From Octopus bimaculoides (lineage: Eukaryota): a stretch of DNA of 64,000 bases. Of this stretch, positions 52,970 to 61,359 are shown piece after piece. The position numbers and the translations under genes were made by a program. Numbering within the stretch: position 1 is the stretch's first letter; every line of letters starts with the position of its first letter. Location of the stretch: positions 24,328,023-24,392,022 of the forward strand of contig NC_068987.1 in assembly GCF_001194135.2 (NCBI RefSeq), written 5' to 3'. Below the pieces are notes generated by a model. That model had not been told where the DNA came from. It saw only the letters and a program-made list of their open reading frames with translations, and ran no database searches.

Positions 52970-53275
52970 TTTATTGATAAGAGGTAGTTTTATTCCGATG
53001 CGATCAAGAGCACTTCCGTTTTATTCCTGACTTTGTTGTATGTCCATTTATATTGTAGATATATTATTATTTCTTTATACATATTTACACTATGTTAGTA
53101 ATAATTAAGTACCGCTTGTAATTAACTTAAGAGATAATTCTTTAAGCAGATTAAGACAATAGAGATATCCTGTATGAAGTAAAAGGTTCTGTCTAATTTA
53201 TCAATACCTTCATCAATTTCAAGTTTCACCACTTCAATTATCTCATCTTATAACTACATTTTTATGTAAGTATGA
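52970..53275 (+). promoter_or_regulatory. Predicted promoter/exon-1 cassette of Z7
   Basis: CACTTCCGT 53011-53019; AT|GTAAGTAT at 53265/53266. Confidence 0.6.
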
Positions 53276-53577
53276 TTTATGTATAATTTACATGTTATTT
53301 TATTGAAAAATCTCTTTTATATTTACATTTCTACTTCCTCTACTACTTCTGTTTCCTACAAGATCTTTTCTTTTTACTTCTTTCTTGTGTATTTCATCTT
53401 AACACCGTAATTAATTTAAATTTCTGCAAATTTCTAATATTTAAGGACGTAACCAAACAGACATACACACACACACACACACACACACACGCTTCAAAGC
53501 TTTATATCACATACATTTCTGTACTTCGCTGCTATTGCACAAATCGTTAGACTCGCTTTACTTTCGAATCGATCGAA

Positions 53578-54040
53578 ATGGCACGTGGAAGACCAGCTGC
53601 ACCTCAATTCATTGTTCCTAAACTTGAAGTCCACAACCCTGAGTCAATTTTGGAAGAATCCTGGAACATCACTCGATTAAGCAAAGCAGAAGACAAGATT
53701 CTTCAGTGGTTGGCACGGCGTCGACTAATTATGAATATGTAAACTTGCGAAAATTGTAATTCACTATGTGGCCTCACTACACGTGGTGACTGTATGAATG
53801 TAAAAATCTATGTCTGTAAGCTCTGTAAAAGGAAGAAATCAATTCGTCACTGTTAATTCTTCGAAAGAAGCCATATTTCACTCTACAATATCGTGTTGCT
53901 CATTTATTGCAGGGCACGCGTTATGTCGCAAGAAGATATTATGAATGAGTGTTCATTAACAACCCGACTACTGTAGTAGATTTGTGTAATTTTTGCCGTG
54001 ATGTTTGTGATATACGACTTCAACAAAACCCAGTGGAACC
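53578..54040 (+). mobile_element. Merlin/IS1595-like transposase N-terminal fragment
   Basis: TCENCNSLC..YVCKLCKRKKSIR..FFERSHISL..LLIYC..TTVVDLCNFCRDVC; in-frame stops. Confidence 0.8.
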
Positions 54041-54867
54041 AAAGAAAAAGATTTTTTGTTCACTTTTTGGTGGCTAAAGCCAATGTCTACGTTGTTTAAT
54101 AGTAAGTTGACTTATTTATTTCACCTTTCATTTTTATTTACTTCTTTAATCACCAGATACAGAAAGATTACCTGCCAGATATTGTTACTGTTGCAAACCA
54201 TCTCTTTCCAAGCAGTCATATTTCCCCATAGCCAAACATGTCATTCACTGACGATGTGAAACGAAGTTCACTCGTGTGAGAATGATGCCTGTTAACAATC
54301 ATATAATCTCAACAGAGGGGATGATATATAGACACTCACACACAAATATGCAACTGGCTTCTTTCAGTTTCCATTCGCTTGCCCAAATAGTTGTCTAATA
54401 GGAGTGAACCAAAGACGTCATGCAATGGAAGTGAATCCAAGACCTTGTGAGTTTGAAATAAACTTCTGAACCACAGAGCTATATACTGTTTGTCTTTTTC
54501 AATCAATGTGTGAAGTAATTTGTTTTAGATCTATTATGGTGTAGATAATAGGGAAGATATTAGAACAAGTGATGTAGACTAAAATTAACAACCAAAGTTT
54601 GGGGTAAATGTAGTAATCAGTTTTGCAGTTATTGAGGTGTAGATATGTATCTTTGGTTCCTTGGATCAGGTGGAAGATTAAATGATTTTAGAATGTTTTT
54701 AGACCAAACTATAGTGACCTGTAGTCATCTCAGTGTCTTCATGTCAAGATTCACTTCATTGTGTCTTTTCCTTTTGCATATATGTTTTGGCTATTTCTAG
54801 TTATTCCAATAATCTTTATACTAACACTTCATTGTCCCTAATGTATGATGTTGCCTTTCTATTTCAG

Positions 54868-54904
54868 GTTATCTGATGACATTGAAATAAAAGTATTTCA
54901 CTGA
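54868..54904 (+). other. Predicted exon-2 start of Z7 with micro-ORFs (MLSDDIEIKVFH*; nested MTLK* 54876-54890)
   Basis: tttcag|g acceptor at 54867/54868. Confidence 0.6.
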
Positions 54905-55200
54905 CGAGGATTAACTTTTGAAGGCTAAAAATAACTTAATCGAGCTGAGTTCAGCCCATTTTAGCAACACTTGATTTAATGGATGAGAAAAGCTTTCTTG
55001 CAATTGNNNNNNNNNNNNNNNNNNNNNNNNNNNNNNNNNNNNNNNNNNNNGATATATTTCTTTAAGTGGGGCGGTTTTAGCAATCTTTTGGTCATTGGCT
55101 ATTGATTATTAGATTCAATCCTAATAAATCTATTTGAAATTCTTTAACAGCAAGAATAATACCACACTTTGTTAAAGGTAGAAAAAGAAGATTGAAAGAT

Positions 55201-56280
55201 ATGGAAAAAAATGCAGAAACTATTGATTTCCCTACTCATCATACCGAGGAAAATACAGAGGAGAAATCGCATTCATGTGATTCACATGGGGAATTACTCA
55301 CAAGAAAAGATTTTATTCAGCATCAGTCAATTCACTCAGTCGCAAAGCTGTATAACTGTGAAGTTTGTGGAAAGATGTTTACAAGCAGAACTTTGTTAAC
55401 TAGCCACAAAGATATCCACACTAGAGAAAGATTATACCAATGTTATATCTGTGATGAAAAGTTTTCAACAAAGGACAATTTGTCATCTCACACATGTATT
55501 CAAACAGCAGAAAGACCATACTGTTGTGATATCTGTGGTAAAACCTTTTCTGGAAGTGGTCAGTTGTCTTCTCATAAATATGTTCATTCAAAGGAGAGAC
55601 CATACCATTGTGATACCTGTGGTCAAACATTTTCTGGTAGTGGTCATTTGATTAACCACAAACGCATCCACACTGAAGAAAGGCCATACAACTGTGATAT
55701 TTGTGGTAAAACATTTTCAAGAATTAGTGAATTATCTTCCCACAAACGTATTCACTTGGGTGAAAGACAATATCACTGTCATATCTGTGATAAAATATTT
55801 TCTAAAAGAACTGATTTGTCTTCTCATAAACATACACACTCAGGAGGACGAATATACCACTGTGATATCTGTGATACAACATTCTCTCGAAGTGGAAATT
55901 TATCTCGACATCAGCGCATTCATACAGGAGAGAAGCCATACCAGTGTGATATTTGTAAGAAAAAATTTACTTCAAATGGTAATTTGTCTGCCCACAAACG
56001 TACTCACACTGGCGAAAGGCCCTACCGCTGTGATATCTGTGGTAAAACATTCTCTCGAAGTGAATGTTTATCTCAACACAAGCATATTCATACAGGAGAA
56101 AGACAGTTCCATTGTGATATTTGTGGTAAAATGCTTTCTACGAATCATAATTTAACTCGACACAAATGTATTCATACAGAAGAGAAAGCCTACCACTGTG
56201 ATATCTGTGATGAAACATTTTCTACTAAGAGGCGTTTATCTTCCCACATACGTATTCATACAGGAGAAAGACCACCATAG
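55201..56280 (+). CDS. C2H2 zinc-finger protein Z7 (11 units plus degenerate first unit)
   Basis: ATG at 55201 (MEKNAE); the ORF-track start 55192 is a TTG; close paralog of Z5/Z6/Z8. Confidence 0.92.
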   Translation: MEKNAETIDFPTHHTEENTEEKSHSCDSHGELLTRKDFIQHQSIHSVAKLYNCEVCGKMFTSRTLLTSHKDIHTRERLYQCYICDEKFSTKDNLSSHTCIQTAERPYCCDICGKTFSGSGQLSSHKYVHSKERPYHCDTCGQTFSGSGHLINHKRIHTEERPYNCDICGKTFSRISELSSHKRIHLGERQYHCHICDKIFSKRTDLSSHKHTHSGGRIYHCDICDTTFSRSGNLSRHQRIHTGEKPYQCDICKKKFTSNGNLSAHKRTHTGERPYRCDICGKTFSRSECLSQHKHIHTGERQFHCDICGKMLSTNHNLTRHKCIHTEEKAYHCDICDETFSTKRRLSSHIRIHTGERPP

Positions 56281-57033
56281 TATTGAGATTTCCGTTATAA
56301 AGCGTTTTGACACAAATATATTTACTGAGGAGAAAGAGAGACCATACCGTTGTGATATCTTCTGTGAAACATTTTCTGGAAGTGGTAATTTTTATTCGGT
56401 ATATATATATATATATATATATNNNNNNNNNNNNNNNNNNNNNNNNNNNNNNNNNNNNNNNNNNNNNNNNNNNNNNNNNNNNNNNNNNNNNNNNNNNNNN
56501 NNNNNNNNNNNNNNNNNNNNNNNNNNNNNNNNNNNNNNNNNNNNNNNNNNNNNNNNNNNNNNNNNNNNNNNNNNNNNNNNNNNNNNNNNNNNNNNNNNNN
56601 NNNNNNNNNNNNNNNNNNNNNNNNNNNNNNNNNNNNNNNNNNNNNNNNNNNNNNNNNNNNNNNNNNNNNNNNNNNNNNNNNNNNNNNNNNNNNNNNNNNN
56701 NNNNNNNNNNNNNNNNNNNNNNNNNNNNNNNNNNNNNNNNNNNNNNNNNNNNNNNNNNNNNNNNNNNNNNNNNNNNNNNNNNNNNNNNNNNNNNNNNNNN
56801 NNNNNNNNNNNNNNNNNNNNNNNNNNNNNNNNNNNNNNNNNNNNNNNNNNNNNNNNNNNNNNNNNNNNNNNNNNNNNNNNNNNNNNNNNNNNNNNNNNNN
56901 NNNNNNNNNNNNNNNNNNNNNNNNNNNNNNNNNNNNNNNNNNNNNNNNNNNNNNNNNNNNNNNNNNNNNNNNNNNNNNNNNNNNNNNNNNNNNNNNNNNN
57001 NNNNNNNNNNNNNNNNNNNNNNNNNNNNNNNNN

Positions 57034-59015
57034 AAACTATTGATTTCCCTACTCATCATACCGAAGAAAATACAGAAGAGAAATCGCATTCATGTGATTC
57101 ACACGGGGAATTACTCACAAGAAAGGATTTAATTCAGCATCAGTCAATTCACTCAGTCGCAAAGCTGTATAACTGTGAAGTTTGTGGAAAGATGTTTACA
57201 AGCAGAACTTTGTTAACTAGCCACAAAGATATCCACACTGGAGAAAAATTATACCAATGTTATATCTGTGATGAAAAGTTTTCAACAAAGGACAATTTGT
57301 CATCTCACACATGTATTCAAACAGCAGAAAGACCATACTGTTGTGATATCTGTGGTAAAACCTTTTCTGTAAGTGGTCAGTTGTCTTCTCATAAATATAT
57401 TCATTCAAAGGAGAGACCATACCATTGTGATACCTGTGGTCAAACATTTTCTAGTAGTGGTCATTTGATTAACCACAAACGCATCCACACTGAAGAAAGG
57501 CCATACAACTGTGATATTTGTGGTAAAACATTTTCAAGAATTAGTGAATTATCTTCCCACAAACGTATTCACTTGGGTGAAAGACAATATCGCTGTCATA
57601 TCTGTGATAAAATATTTTCTAAAAGAACTGATTTGTCTTCTCATAAACATACACACTTAGGAGGACGAATATACCACTGTGATATCTGTGACACAACATT
57701 CTCTCAAAGTGGAAGTTTATCTCGACATCAGCGCATTCATACAGGAGAGAAGCCATACCAGTGTGATATTTGCAAGAAAAAATTTTCTTCAAATGGTAAT
57801 TTGTCCACCCACAAACGTACTCACACTGGAGAAAGACCCTACTCTTGTGATATCTGTGGGAAAAGTTTCACTCAACGTGCACATTTATTTCAACACAAGC
57901 ATACTCATACAGGAGAAAGACAGTTCCATTGTGATATTTGTGGTAAAATGTTTTCTTCAGAACAGTATTTCATTCAACACGAATGTATTCTTACAGAAGT
58001 GAAATCCCATTCATCAGATTCATGTGGGGAATTATTCACAAGAAAGGATTTAATTCAGCATCAGTCAGTTCACTCAGTCTCAAAGCTGTATAACTGTGAA
58101 GTTTGTGGAAAGACATTTACAAGCAGTACTTTGTTAACTAGCCACAAAGATATCCACACTGGAGAAAAATTATACCAATGTTATATGTGTGATGAAAAGT
58201 TTTCAACAAAGGACAATTTGTCATCTCACACATGTATTCAAACAGCAGAAAGACCATACCGCTGTGATATCTGTGGTAAAACATTTTGTAGAAGTGGTCA
58301 ATTGTCTTCTCATAAATATATTCATTCAAGGGAGAGACCATACCATTGTGATATCTGTGGTCAGACATTTTCTAGTAGTGGTCATTTGATTAACCACAAA
58401 CACATCCACACTAAAGAAAAGCCATACAAGTGTGATATTTGTGGTAAAACATTTTCTGGAGTTAGTGAATTATCTTCCCATAAACGTATTCACTTGGGTG
58501 AAAGACAATATCGCTGTCATATCTGTGATAAAATATTTTCTAAAAGAACTGATTTGTCTTCTCATAAGCATACTCACTCAGGAGGACGAATATACCACTG
58601 TGATATCTGTGACACAACATTCTCTCAAAGTGGAAGTTTATCTCGACATCAGCGCATTCATACAGGAGAGAAACCATACCAGTGTGATATTTGCAAGAAA
58701 AAATTTTCTTCAAATGGTTATTTGTCCACCCACAAACGTACTCATACTGGAGAAAGACCCTACTCTTGTGATATCTGTGGTAAGAGTTTCACTCAAAGTG
58801 CACATTTATTTCAACACAAACATACTCATACAGGAGAAAGACCACACCATTGTGATATTTGTGGTAAAATGTTTTCTACGAATCATAATTTAGCTCGACA
58901 CAAATGTATTCGTACAGAAGAGAAAGCATACCACTGTGATATCTGTGATGAAACATTTTCGACTAGGGGTCGTTTATCGTCCCACATACGTATTCATACA
59001 GGAGAAAGACCATAA
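57034..59015 (+). CDS. C2H2 zinc-finger protein Z8, internally duplicated array (about 22 units), 5' end in gap
   Basis: Continuous frame from the gap edge to TAA at 59013-59015; two consecutive copies of the Z5/Z7-type finger series; start codon not visible. Confidence 0.85.
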
Positions 59016-59141
59016 CACTGAGATTTCTGTTATAAAGCGTCGTCACAAAGTAGTAGTTTATTTTGAAACAAATATATTTACTGAGGAGAAAGAGAGACCC
59101 TTTGTGATATCTGTTGTGAAGTAATTTTTACTCACTGTATG

Positions 59142-59172
<31 letters not shown>

Positions 59173-59612
59173 TCACATAGGAAATAAACCATAGTCATAT
59201 ATATACTGTAAAATATTTTCTATAACTAACAGTATATTTTATAATAAATGTATTTCTGTGATAACATTGTTTTATATCCTTTATTTCATACTGACAGTTT
59301 CACTTAGATTGCATAGCATTCATTACATACGCTGTTTGACCAGGTAAATATTTCATAGCTATTGTTACGGTTGATAACTCCTGTTTACCAAGACTATTTG
59401 ATGTCCCAATCCTCCATCAACCTGTAAGAACATCCCTACCTGCTTTGTATACCTTCATTTCTACACATATCCTCTTATATTGAACATAATAATATTCATT
59501 GTTAAACTACACATAAATTTATGCTTTATTGGTCTTTAGGTTCATAAACTATTGACCATTCCTACAAATTTAAACTTTTTTGCTTCTCAGTATATCTTTA
59601 CTATTTACCATC

Positions 59613-60175
59613 TGTTATATCGCACATTTGGATGACCTGTACTTAACTACCCTGACATCTAGACTTCTCCGTCTATATTTACATATTGGACTAGCCTACT
59701 TCATCGCTTGGGGGCGTCGACACAACACCTCCCTCTTTTGAGTTTTTTAAAACCCCAAATTTATCAATTTTATTTCTTCGGTGAGAAACTGGTATATCTT
59801 TTTCTCTTAGCATTAATTTCCATCATTTCTGTAGGTTTTCTCTTCCTCTTCGACCTACATGTCGGTTCTGCTTTTGCTTGTGATTCTAGGACCTCAAACA
59901 AAACTATACCATAAATCCACTGGTTCTTCTCACCTCTCTTGGTTTTTGGTATATCTTTTTTTTAATTGGTTTAAATGCCTTCTGTGTTCATATCTTGGTC
60001 CTTTTACCATGTACATCACATTACCCAGACGTCCAGTTATACTTCCTTGTTCCCAGTCCTGTTTTCTGTTACTATATATTTTAAAATACACTTTGTCACC
60101 TGTGTTATTCGTTTTTCTTCCCAAATTTTCTATTTTCTGTTTCCTGCTCAGCAACCATTTGTCAAAAATCGAACG
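59613..60175 (-). mobile_element. Gypsy (Mag-like) 3' end: integrase tail, PPT and short LTR
   Basis: GDKVYFK..WEQG.I..RLGNVMY.VKG....RRHLNQL; minus-strand PPT AAAAGAGGGAGG (59739-59728) then TGTTG...TAACA (59727-59613). Confidence 0.75.
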
Positions 60176-61029
60176 AATTTTTCTTATACAATTTGTGTTG
60201 TTGACTTTACCTGCTAGTTGTTAAACATCTATGTAGTTTAGTTCTATTACATTATAGTCTCTAATTGTTAACATAATGAAGATGTTTATTATTACATATG
60301 TTCAGTACCAGCTTACAGTCAGTGTAGATTTTCAAGTTAGAATTCATCATCTTCCTTGAACATCTGTTTTCCATGCTGGCATGTCTACATTTAAACACAT
60401 AATGTACATGTATTAGTATTTGTAAATATAGTATTCTGTATATGTATGCATAGTTATTTGAAAGTTGGCTATATCTATCAGTGTATTTCTGTGTCTGCCT
60501 GTAGATTCTCTATGCTGCTGCTGTTGTTTTGTTATTTAGCAACATGAAATATTTCAACAAGATAGACAGAGTTCAGAATTTATATTTCATTACTGATGTG
60601 TTCAGATGACAGTTTCAGTTGTGTTCCAGATCATGGGGAAAATATCAGCTAATGATATTTTAGGGAATTTTACTAGATAAAGAAAATAAGAGTTAATTTT
60701 TTTTTTTTTTTTTTCGTAAAAAATTAATTATAACTCATGTCAAGAGTATGATATTGCTTTTTTTGTCTTTTTGATGTCCACCTTTCCATGATTTGCATGG
60801 GTGTGACAAAATTCATTGAGGCAGATATCTACAGGTGGGTGCTCTTCCTGTTGTCAACTCTTGCCTGTTTCCAAGCAAGATAATATTTTCCTGTAGCTGG
60901 GCATGTTTTCAAGGATTGGAAATGAAGGACAAAGCATGTATGACAATGACATTCCTTTACTTTTAGCATGTAATGTCATGGTTAGAAGACATAAATACAC
61001 CCTCCACAAACACACACACATATCACCAC

Positions 61030-61345
61030 TTTAATAGGCACTTTTCCACGGTTCCACATGTTGGACGGAATTTGTTTATGTGGATTTTCTTTGGTATGCA
61101 TGTCATGAACTCTCATCTGTTTCCTGTATAACATCTCTCTATGACCAAACGTCTCGAGGGACAATTGGAAATGGACACTGCTTGCATGGTGACAGAAGCG
61201 GCAAGCGCTATTGTGTTAAATATGCATTTCATGTTGCCATTTGGGTTGTGTCAGCTGTTTACCTTGTTGAGCTGTTGTATTTGCCAAATGTAAAGCTCTG
61301 CATTGATTGTGCAGTTGTTTTCAAGCATTTCTTAGTCGATTAGCC
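61030..61345 (-). mobile_element. Second mariner transposase fragment
   Basis: EMLENNCTINAELYIWQIQQLN resembles the mariner catalytic-domain segment before HDNARPH; remainder heavily decayed. Confidence 0.55.
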
Positions 61346-61359
61346 CAATCTCGTCAAGC

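Noticed and set aside
56307-59015. 902-aa ORF in the ORF track
   Set aside because: It runs through a 611-N gap and starts in the Z7 3' UTR; only 57034-59015 is supported.
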